NCBI GenBank assembly: GCA_947259405.1 | Contig: CAMYLY010000003.1 | Coordinates: 123,833-187,832, forward strand | DNA from: an uncultured Gemmatimonadales bacterium | GTDB taxonomy: Bacteria; Gemmatimonadota; Gemmatimonadetes; Gemmatimonadales; GWC2-71-9 | Reading direction: 5' to 3' | DNA length: 64,000 bases | Shown: one piece after another, positions 54,501 to 61,064 of the stretch | Numbering within the stretch: the stretch's first letter is position 1 | Layout: each line of letters starts with the position of its first letter | The notes under the pieces: model-generated | What the model was told of the DNA's origin: nothing | Database searches by the model: none | The model's input: the letters and a program-made list of their open reading frames with translations, nothing else | Position numbers and translations under genes: made by a program

Positions 54501-54675
54501 GGTCGATGTTGACGCCGGCGGACATCTCGGGCGGAAGCACCTTAATGACGACCTGGCGTCCGAGCTCTGTCTCCTGGGCCAGGAACACGCGACTCATGCC
54601 CCCACCGCCAAGTTCACGCTCGATACGGTACGTGTCGCCGAGTGCCGATTTCAGGCGGCCGACCAGATCCGGCAC
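51535..54675 (-). CDS. Hanks-type Ser/Thr protein kinase with TM segments and large TPR-repeat C-terminal region
   Basis: 1046 aa. It contains LGGGGMSRVFLA, VVIKVL, HRDVKPDNVLL, DFGVAK and GTPAYMSPEQ. Hydrophobic helices fall around aa 330-420, followed by repeated TPR-like helices. Confidence 0.9.
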   Translation of the reverse strand: MPDLVGRLKSALGDTYRIERELGGGGMSRVFLAQETELGRQVVIKVLPPEMSAGVNIDRFRREIQLAARLQHPHVVPLLTAGSHGDLLWYVMPFIEGESLRAKLAREGELPIGEAARILRDVADALAYAHEHGVVHRDVKPDNVLLTGNHAVVTDFGVAKAVSESSGGDTLTSVGVALGTPAYMSPEQAAANPTIDHRADVYALGAMAYEMLTGRPPFTSGTPQGVLAAHVTQDPDPVTAHRDTVPVALAELVMRCLAKKPADRWQHVEELRVQFESMATPSGGMTPTGTQPVAAVEHHEAARRAHPVRVAALYALASVGVVALVYATMNFIGLPSWVLSGAIAVLAFGLPAMLLTGHHERKRALARTTGAMLETPTGIAGWFRWRRTIAGAGAALTALVIAATAWAGMRTFGIGPAATLVSSNALTEGALVVLADFSDNTDAGISETVTEALRIDLAQTSTVELMSLSDVVEVLERMERDPTLPLEPSLAREIAIREGAEAIVVGEINPAGAGYVLSATVVGAGDGTDLTGVRATASDDGQIISAIESLSRQLRERTGESLRNLRASPRLSRATTSSLDALRNFTEGNRTMWMTGDLDAALPFYERAVEIDTTFAEAWDRIGTYLSNEGREPARVDEAMTRAFTLRSRLPDAQQYYIAGKYHWLVTGDLDEAIDAYEALVSLDPDHLNGYNNLAVMYRGVRRYSDAARMSREAIDRGGTGSFMFAGLIQAQVALGEFQEASRTIDQLEELLPADNPAPSYHRAHIAFDTGSVSETRRHITELRGRLASNQAVQANTSWWLARLAEFEGKLTEAERHEREAMRTFERQGRGRPYFFAAERIAWMHLALQGDTARALGEIEGALERFPFDSLAPADRPYLNLVRFYAHAGQPARAQAAWSAYRSQVPETVQARNRGFAAAEAVIAQTRGQLEQSLLGFHSSDARYWSERRSAIALASTFDRLGAADSAIHYFRKYDATLRYNRINVDAFWQPQVHKRLGELYEARGERDDAIAYYSRFVDRWQDADPELQPVVGDVRQRIAALVAER

Positions 54676-54750
54676 GAGCTAATCTCCAGGTGGGCTCTCA
54701 GGATAACGATACGGGCCGAAGACAACGTTGGCCAGAGACGTCCGCCCCCC

Positions 54751-54826
54751 GCAGATTAACGAAGGGAGATTGCAGATAGGGTTCGCTTTGCCATCTGCAT
54801 TTGTTATTCGCTAATCTGCAATCTCC
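54751..54826. promoter_or_regulatory. Four GCAGAT boxes at exact 21-bp spacing in a 2+2 inverted arrangement (includes a 13-bp perfect inverted repeat)
   Basis: GCAGAT occurs at 54751 and 54772. ATCTGC occurs at 54793 and 54814. All four are symmetric about 54785. ggagattgcagat (54765-54777) is the exact reverse complement of atctgcaatctcc (54814-54826). The element lies 76-150 nt upstream of the kinase start (54675) and abuts the stop of the 101-aa gene. Confidence 0.6.
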
Positions 54827-55131
54827 TAGCCCCAGAGCCGCAGCAGCGCGACCATCGTCCCGATCGTCGTGACCCACGACGCGAACATCCAGCGGAGCAG
54901 CCGGTTCTCGGCAGTCCGGATCTCGATCCGAATATCGGCAAGATCCGTACTCCGAAGCTGCGCGATCTGGTTTCTGAAGTCGTCGCGCAGTTCCGCGATC
55001 TTCTTGTCGACCCTGGACTCGAACTCCGTCAGGCGCTGTTCGAGCTTCGAATCGAACCTTAAGAAGTTCTGCTCGTTGAGCTCCCGCAGGTCGTTCCGAT
55101 AGGTTGCGTCCACCTGATTGAACCAGTCCAC
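54826..55131 (-). CDS. Hypothetical coiled-coil protein with C-terminal TM anchor; 5' end possibly truncated
   Basis: 101 aa from the GTG at 55131. The product is heptad-rich (LRELNEQNFLRFDSKLEQRLTEFESRVDKKIAELRDDF) and ends WMFASWVTTIGTMVALLRLWG. The frame stays open and protein-like upstream (AKLSKAFYERFGEQIANEL) but has no start codon before the TAG at 55228-55230. Confidence 0.5.
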   Translation of the reverse strand: MDWFNQVDATYRNDLRELNEQNFLRFDSKLEQRLTEFESRVDKKIAELRDDFRNQIAQLRSTDLADIRIEIRTAENRLLRWMFASWVTTIGTMVALLRLWG

Positions 55132-55323
55132 GAGTTCATTAGCGATCTGCTCACCAAACCGCTCGTAAAAGGCCTTGGATAACTTTGCCGTGACCGGCCT
55201 GGCGGACGATCCGTGATCGGGACGCCGCTACGATACAACATACGCTCGGCTGGCCGAGTACCGAAAGAGTGTGGGGATGGTCCCGAATCTCGCGGGACCC
55301 GCGCGTTCGCTTCATCTTAGGGG

Positions 55324-56382
55324 ATGCCCGATGACCCTGCCCGTCTCGCCCAAGCCGATGAGACACTGCTCGCGGCACCCTTCGATCCCGGGAGGCCCGA
55401 GATCACCGGCGACGTCGTCCCGTTCGAGTCGGGGGTCATTGTCTACACCGGCGGCGCGGCGCAATTCGATGTCGCGGCGTCGGGTACGCTCGTCTATCGT
55501 CGGACCACCGACGACTTCCTCACCACGCTCGTGATTCTGGACCGGGGTGGGAACCGTATCGAGCGGCTCCCGCTCGAGCCCAGTACGGTGTTCGACCCTC
55601 GCTATTCGCCCGATGGCTCGCGCATCGTCATGGGCATTCAGCGTGGTAGTGACGCCGACATCTGGATGTACGACGTCGCGCAACAGTCCACGTCGGTCGT
55701 CACCGAAGCCGGCATCAATGTGTATGGAGCGTGGACACCGGATGGACGCCGCATCGTGTTCTCGTCGAACAGTCAGGGTCAGCAGGATCTGTTCTGGGTT
55801 TCGGGCGCGTTACCCGGCGAACCCGAGGTGCTCGTAGACACGCGGCCGGAACAGTGGGCGAGCAGCTTTTCGCCGTTGGGTCCCACACTGTTCTGCAGCG
55901 AGCGGAAGGTGACGAGCAGTATCGACATCATGGCCATGACCGTTGGCGATACGGTTCGCAGCGTGCTCGAAACGAGCGCGGACGAGGTGGACCCGGCAGT
56001 CTCGCCGGACGGACGATGGCTCGCGTACGCCTCCGATGAAACGGGTGTGAGTGAGGTGTATGTCGTCAGCGCAGATGGGGACGGTCGACACGTTTCCGTT
56101 TCGCGTGGTGGTGGGGGTGTGGCCCGCTGGGCCTCGGGCACCGGCGAGATCTTCTACATTGCGGGTGACACGATCCTCGTCGCGGCACGCTACGTCGAGG
56201 TGCCCGAGTTCGAGGTGGTGTCGCGCGACACGCTGTTCGCCCATCCCAACCTCTCGTGGGGGGCGTATGACGTGCACCCTGATGGTGATCGGTTCGTGCT
56301 GGTCGACGGAAGGGCGCCCAGTCCTCGCGTCATCGTGGTGCGGGGAGTGCTGGAAGAGTTGCGTCGGGTACCAGGTCGATAA
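55324..56382 (+). CDS. Stand-alone TolB-like beta-propeller ORF, equivalent to only the C-terminal ~340 aa of the kinase-propeller paralogue (possible relic)
   Basis: 352 aa with no signal peptide or TM helix. A stop lies immediately upstream, at 55318-55320. It aligns by eye with the tail of the 58006-60684 product: AAPFDPGRPEITGDVVPFESGV against VAFDPAKHTLEGRPVEVHSGV, with repeated SPDG/TPDG blades. Confidence 0.5.
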   Translation: MPDDPARLAQADETLLAAPFDPGRPEITGDVVPFESGVIVYTGGAAQFDVAASGTLVYRRTTDDFLTTLVILDRGGNRIERLPLEPSTVFDPRYSPDGSRIVMGIQRGSDADIWMYDVAQQSTSVVTEAGINVYGAWTPDGRRIVFSSNSQGQQDLFWVSGALPGEPEVLVDTRPEQWASSFSPLGPTLFCSERKVTSSIDIMAMTVGDTVRSVLETSADEVDPAVSPDGRWLAYASDETGVSEVYVVSADGDGRHVSVSRGGGGVARWASGTGEIFYIAGDTILVAARYVEVPEFEVVSRDTLFAHPNLSWGAYDVHPDGDRFVLVDGRAPSPRVIVVRGVLEELRRVPGR

Positions 56383-56428
56383 GTCCCAACCTCGCGGGAT
56401 GACGGTGCGGTCACCATCTTAGTCCCCA

Positions 56429-57994
56429 ATGACCGACACCCCCTCCCGTCTCACCACGGCACTGTCCGATCGCTATGCCATCGAGCGCGCCGTCGGCGCC
56501 GGCGGCATGGCCACCGTCTACCTCGCCGAAGACCTCAAGCACCGGCGGAAGGTCGCCATCAAAGTCCTACGGCCGGACATTGCGGAGGTGATCGGTGCCG
56601 AGCGATTCCTGAAGGAGATCGAGGTCACGGCCAAGCTGCAGCATCCACACATCTTGCCCCTCCACGACTCGGGCGAAGCGGACGACTTCCTGTATTACGT
56701 CATGCCGTACGTCGACAGTGCGTCGCTCCGTGGTGTGATGAACGGGCAAGGGCAACTCGACCTGCCGTACGTGCTGCAAATGGCGAGCGAAGTTGCCGGC
56801 GCGTTGGATTATGCGCACCGGCAGGGCGTGCTGCACCGCGACATCAAACCGGAGAACATATTGCTTTCAGAGGGCCACGCCGTGGTGGCGGACTTTGGGA
56901 TCGCGAAGGCCATCACCGCGGCCGGCGGGGACAACCTGACGATGACGGGGTGGGCGCTCGGTACGCCGGGCTACATGAGCCCGGAGCAGGCGACCGGGAG
57001 CGGAAAGCTCGATGCACGCAACGACGTGTTCAGCCTCGCATGTGTCGTTTACGAAATGCTGACTGGGGCTACGCCCCAGTTGTGGCCGACCGATGAGGAA
57101 GTGCGCGTCGGGCGGTTCCTCGACGCTCCACCCGAACATCGCGCGGTGTTCGATGCGCATCCCGTCACGGTGGAGCAGGCGCTGACGAAGGCAATGGCGA
57201 TGCGGCCGGCCCACCGGTTCGCGACGCCGGGTGAACTGGCCAACGCGCTCCGCGCGCAGCCAGGGAAGGGCGGTTCCTACGACACCGCGCAGGTCCGGGA
57301 GATCGTGCGACGTGCCACCGACGATGAGGTGCAACGGCCCACGGAAGATGCCCCGCTCACGTTAGGTGCCGTCCAGCGGATCGGCGCCGAGGCAGGGATT
57401 CGACCGCAACGCATCAAGGACGCGGCGGCGTCACTCGACAGACCGGTTGAGGATCGAGGCAAGCGCAGCATCCTGTTTGGCCCGGACGCCCAGGTCGACA
57501 TGGAAACGGTCGTTGGTCGCGAAATCACCGACGACGAGTACGAAGAGCTGTTGGCGGAGATCCGTGGTTCGATGGGCGAGGTCGGTCGGCTCAACCAGAC
57601 CCTCGGGAAGTCGCTGAGTTGGAATTCGCTCTCGTATCAGAACACGATCGAAGGGTCTGGGCGGTTGACCCATGTGATGGTCAAACCGGGTGACGGTGAA
57701 ACGAGGATTCGCATTACCGAGGGTAGTGGGCAGCAGCCGGCGTTTCTGGCAGCCGGGGCTGCCATTGGGGGCGTGGGTGGCATGATGCTGGCGGCCCTTC
57801 TCGACATGCGAGAAATCATCGTGCCGGTAGCGGCGCTGGGTGCGAGTGGAGCTATGGTCTTCGCTCGCTCGGTGTTGATGCGGATCTTGGCGAAGCGGCG
57901 TCGGCATCTGACCGCGCTGCTCGCGCGTCTCGGTGCGCTGGCAGGGGGGGCGCGGGATTCGAGTCACGTGCTCCCCACGGGCGAAGACGTATAG
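56429..57994 (+). CDS. Hanks-type Ser/Thr protein kinase with unknown middle domain and C-terminal TM pair
   Basis: 521 aa. It contains VGAGGMATVYLAEDLKHRRKVAIKVL, HRDIKPENILL, DFGIAK and GTPGYMSPEQ. The C-terminus is AFLAAGAAIGGVGGMMLAALL...VAALGASGAMVFA. Confidence 0.9.
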   Translation: MTDTPSRLTTALSDRYAIERAVGAGGMATVYLAEDLKHRRKVAIKVLRPDIAEVIGAERFLKEIEVTAKLQHPHILPLHDSGEADDFLYYVMPYVDSASLRGVMNGQGQLDLPYVLQMASEVAGALDYAHRQGVLHRDIKPENILLSEGHAVVADFGIAKAITAAGGDNLTMTGWALGTPGYMSPEQATGSGKLDARNDVFSLACVVYEMLTGATPQLWPTDEEVRVGRFLDAPPEHRAVFDAHPVTVEQALTKAMAMRPAHRFATPGELANALRAQPGKGGSYDTAQVREIVRRATDDEVQRPTEDAPLTLGAVQRIGAEAGIRPQRIKDAAASLDRPVEDRGKRSILFGPDAQVDMETVVGREITDDEYEELLAEIRGSMGEVGRLNQTLGKSLSWNSLSYQNTIEGSGRLTHVMVKPGDGETRIRITEGSGQQPAFLAAGAAIGGVGGMMLAALLDMREIIVPVAALGASGAMVFARSVLMRILAKRRRHLTALLARLGALAGGARDSSHVLPTGEDV

Positions 57995-58005
57995 GCGGTG
58001 TCTTC

Positions 58006-60684
58006 ATGACGGACGCACTCGACCGCCTCACCGTCGCCCTCGCCGACCGCTACGCCATCGAGCGCGAACTCGGCGCTGGCGGCATGGCGACCGTCTACCT
58101 CGCCGAGGATCTCAAACACAAGCGCAAAGTCGCGCTCAAGGTACTGCGGCCCGAACTCGCCGCCGTCCTGGGCGCCGATCGTTTCGTTCAGGAGATCACG
58201 ACGACCGCGAGTCTGCAGCACCCACATATCCTGCCGCTGTTCGATTCGGGGGAAGCGGACTCTTTCCTTTATTACGTGATGCCGTACATCGAAGGCGAGA
58301 CGCTCCGTGCCAAGCTAGATCGCGAGAAGCAACTCGGCATCGATGAGGCGGTGAGGATCACCACGGAGGTCGGCGACGCGCTGGACTACGCGCACAGCCA
58401 CAACGTGATCCACCGCGACATCAAGCCCGAGAACATTCTGCTGCACAACGGGCGTCCGATGGTGGCGGACTTCGGCATCGCGTTGGCAGTGAGTGCCGCA
58501 GCGGGTGGGCGGATGACGGAGACGGGGTTGAGCCTCGGCACGCCGCACTACATGTCGCCGGAGCAGGCGACGGCCGAGAAGCACCTCACCAGCCGGTCAG
58601 ATGTCTACTCGCTGGGTGCGGTCCTCTACGAAATGTTGACGGGAGATCCGCCGCACGTGGGGAGTACGGCGCAGCAGATCATCATGAAGATCGTGACGGA
58701 GGAACCGGAGCCCGTCACGAATGCGCGAAAGACGGTGCCGGCCAACGTCGCTGCGGCGGTGGCAAAAGCCTTGGAGAAGCTACCGGCGGACCGTTTCGAG
58801 AATGCGGCTGGTCTGGCAGGTGCGCTCGGGGATCCTGGATTCATCGGGACGGCACTCGATGCCGGCGAACGCGCGGCCGCTGACACCCGCACCCGCGCAC
58901 GGTCGGCGCTGATGGCGATGGTTGTCATGGTGCTCGGAATTCTAGCTGCGTGGGGTTGGTCCCGCGGTCGGCAGCCGTCGGAATCATCCGTCCAGTACCT
59001 GAGCATCATCCTGCCGGATTCGGCGCCTTTGGCCTTCATCGGTGAAGGGACGCTGGGAGCCGGCCGCCGCGCCATCGCGTTGCTGCCCAATGGGCAGGGG
59101 CTCGTGTATGCTGGTCGCGGACGAACCGCCAACCGTCTTTACCACAGGGATTTCACTGGTTTTCGAGTTACACCGATCACCGGGACCGACAGCGCGTTTT
59201 CACCCTTCGTCTCACCCGATGGGCAATGGGTAGGGTTCTTCGTCGGCGCCGAACTGCGTAAGGTGCCGCTCGAGGGCGGCTCTCCCGTTCGCCTCACGTC
59301 GACCCCGGAGACCATGGGGGCGGCATGGGCCGACGACGGGAGAATCCTCGTCACAGCGAGGGAGGGTACGGTCCTGGGGTGGGTTCCCGAGTCGGGTGGG
59401 CAGATTCAGGAACTTCCGAATCCCCAGTCGGTTCGGCGCTTGCGGCCAAGCATCTTGCCGGACGGTAGGCATGCTCTTGTGGAGATCTTCAACATCGCGC
59501 TTATCAATGTGATTGGTGTCACCGATCTCGAGACTGGGCGCACGGTTGCGCTCACCGTGTCTGGACCAATCGTGGCTGACTCGGTCCAGATCGGTGCGGC
59601 CATCAGCGGAATGGAACCGCGGTATCTACCGTCTGGTCACCTGGTCTACTCGACGCCCGCCGGATTGATCTCGGTCGCCTTCGATCCGGCGAAGCACACG
59701 CTCGAGGGGCGTCCCGTCGAAGTACACAGTGGGGTGCGCAGCGACGCAGCCGGTGTGCATTATGCGATTGGCGAAGACGGCACACTCGTGTATGCGCCAG
59801 GTGCCGATGGCGTTGTCGGGGCGTTTGTGTGGGTGAATCGCGACGGCTCGGTTGATAGCCTGGGATTTGCTCCCCAGTGGTATGGGACCTTTGAGCTCTC
59901 GCCTGACGGCCAACGGCTTGCGGCTCTCGTGCACCAGTCCGCCGGTTCCGTCGAGTTGTGGATCTATGATCTGCAGCGCCGCACCCAGTCCAAAGTCCTT
60001 ACGAACGGTATTCCGTATTTGCCGCGCTGGTGGCCCGATGGCCGCCGGATCGCGTTCACGGAGGTTTTGCCCCGTCCCCCATACTCGGTTATGTCGGTCA
60101 GACAGCTGGTGGAGAGTGCCGGCGAGCGAGACACGCTGGGCGGGGGGTGGGCGATTTCCGACGTTGCACCGGATACTGTCCGTGCTGTGGGCGTGCCGGG
60201 CCTCTTGGAAGGTGGGACCTGGATCTATCCCCTCGGCTCGGGTGAGGACGCCGTCGCTGTCGATACGTACGGCGGTGCATGGGGCCCCGTGTTCTCTCCG
60301 GACGGTCGGTGGATTGCTTACACCTCAAATGAATCGGGTCAATACGAGGTCTACGCCATAGATACAGACCAAATGGGCGCGCGTGCGAAGGTGTCTCTCG
60401 ACGGTGGTGAAGAGCCAATGTGGCTGCCTGATGGGGACCAACTCGTGTATCGGTGGGGTCAGGAGTGGTTGGCCGCCGAGGTGCCGGCTCCCGGTTCGAC
60501 CACCTTCGGGCGTCCGCGGGTGATCTTCCGGGGCCCCTATGTCAACGTCGCCTGGCGCTCTCACGACATTTCGCCGGACGGAACCAGGCATCTCCTGGTT
60601 CTGGGCCCACTCGAAGAAACCACAAATCGGCTGAACGTCATCACGAACTGGTTCGATGAAGTGAAACGGAGACTCGAGCAATGA
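58006..60684 (+). CDS. Hanks-type Ser/Thr protein kinase - TM - TolB-like beta-propeller sensor
   Basis: 892 aa. It contains LGAGGMATVYLAEDLKHKRKVALKVL, HRDIKPENILL, DFGIALA and GTPHYMSPEQ. The TM helix is ALMAMVVMVLGILAAWGW. Propeller blades follow (SPDGQWVGF, LPDGRHAL, SPDGQRLAAL, WPDGRRIAF, SPDGRWIAYTSNESG, SPDGTRHLLV). Confidence 0.9.
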   Translation: MTDALDRLTVALADRYAIERELGAGGMATVYLAEDLKHKRKVALKVLRPELAAVLGADRFVQEITTTASLQHPHILPLFDSGEADSFLYYVMPYIEGETLRAKLDREKQLGIDEAVRITTEVGDALDYAHSHNVIHRDIKPENILLHNGRPMVADFGIALAVSAAAGGRMTETGLSLGTPHYMSPEQATAEKHLTSRSDVYSLGAVLYEMLTGDPPHVGSTAQQIIMKIVTEEPEPVTNARKTVPANVAAAVAKALEKLPADRFENAAGLAGALGDPGFIGTALDAGERAAADTRTRARSALMAMVVMVLGILAAWGWSRGRQPSESSVQYLSIILPDSAPLAFIGEGTLGAGRRAIALLPNGQGLVYAGRGRTANRLYHRDFTGFRVTPITGTDSAFSPFVSPDGQWVGFFVGAELRKVPLEGGSPVRLTSTPETMGAAWADDGRILVTAREGTVLGWVPESGGQIQELPNPQSVRRLRPSILPDGRHALVEIFNIALINVIGVTDLETGRTVALTVSGPIVADSVQIGAAISGMEPRYLPSGHLVYSTPAGLISVAFDPAKHTLEGRPVEVHSGVRSDAAGVHYAIGEDGTLVYAPGADGVVGAFVWVNRDGSVDSLGFAPQWYGTFELSPDGQRLAALVHQSAGSVELWIYDLQRRTQSKVLTNGIPYLPRWWPDGRRIAFTEVLPRPPYSVMSVRQLVESAGERDTLGGGWAISDVAPDTVRAVGVPGLLEGGTWIYPLGSGEDAVAVDTYGGAWGPVFSPDGRWIAYTSNESGQYEVYAIDTDQMGARAKVSLDGGEEPMWLPDGDQLVYRWGQEWLAAEVPAPGSTTFGRPRVIFRGPYVNVAWRSHDISPDGTRHLLVLGPLEETTNRLNVITNWFDEVKRRLEQ

Positions 60685-61050
60685 AGTGCGTGGACGCGGG
60701 ATGGACGGGAACTCGTATGGCGGAATGGCGCGGACGTCGTGGCGGCGTCGGTGGACCAGACGAGCGGCGCCACCGGACGCCCCGTCGTCTTGGTTTCCGG
60801 CGACTACCAATACTCCCCGCGTGTGACGCGCGGGTGGGACGCCGCGGCGGACGGGGAGCGATTCCTTCTCGTCAAACGCCCACCCGAACGCGCCGCGCGA
60901 CGCGTGATGTTGGTGACGAATTGGGTGCAACAGCTGCGGGACGAAGGGCGCGTCGTGTACAATCACAACGTCGAGCGGCTCGTGAGCGAAGCGTGGAGGC
61001 TGAACTCGAACCAGCTGCTGGTGAAGATGCAGTATGCGATGAGGTTCTAG
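60685..61050 (+). pseudogene. Relic of a paralogous propeller C-terminus, in frame directly after the kinase TGA
   Basis: Same frame as 58006-60684. After the TGA (60682-60684) the frame reads SAWTRDGRELVWRNGADVVAASVDQTSGATGRPVVLVSGDYQYSPRVTRGWDAAADGERFLLVKRPPERAARRVMLVTNWVQQLRDEG. This is collinear with the last ~85 aa of the kinase itself (MWLPDGDQLVYRWGQEWLAAEV...HDISPDGTRHLLVLGPLEETTNRLNVITNWFDEVKRRL). Confidence 0.45.
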
Positions 61051-61064
61051 AGCAGCTCGCGCCC

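Noticed and set aside
53758-54759. 333-aa plus-strand ORF
   Set aside because: It is antisense to the kinase domain of the 1046-aa Ser/Thr kinase.
15953-54826. Short tandem arrays considered as CRISPR arrays
   Set aside because: The repeat period is only 7-9 nt with no unique spacers, the arrays are under 90 nt, and no cas genes are present in the window.
60682-60684. TGA at the end of the kinase-propeller gene as a possible selenocysteine or programmed readthrough codon
   Set aside because: The paralogues end at the equivalent position, and there is no Cys/redox context. The downstream in-frame sequence duplicates the preceding module rather than extending the fold. A relic of recombination is the simpler explanation.
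60754-60774. Second match to the ApbE flavinylation motif (VDQTSGATG)
   Set aside because: It lies in a decayed, probably untranslated gene relic with no Tat or Sec signal and no linkage to apbE. I treat it as a chance hit, and as a warning about the specificity of the short motif.
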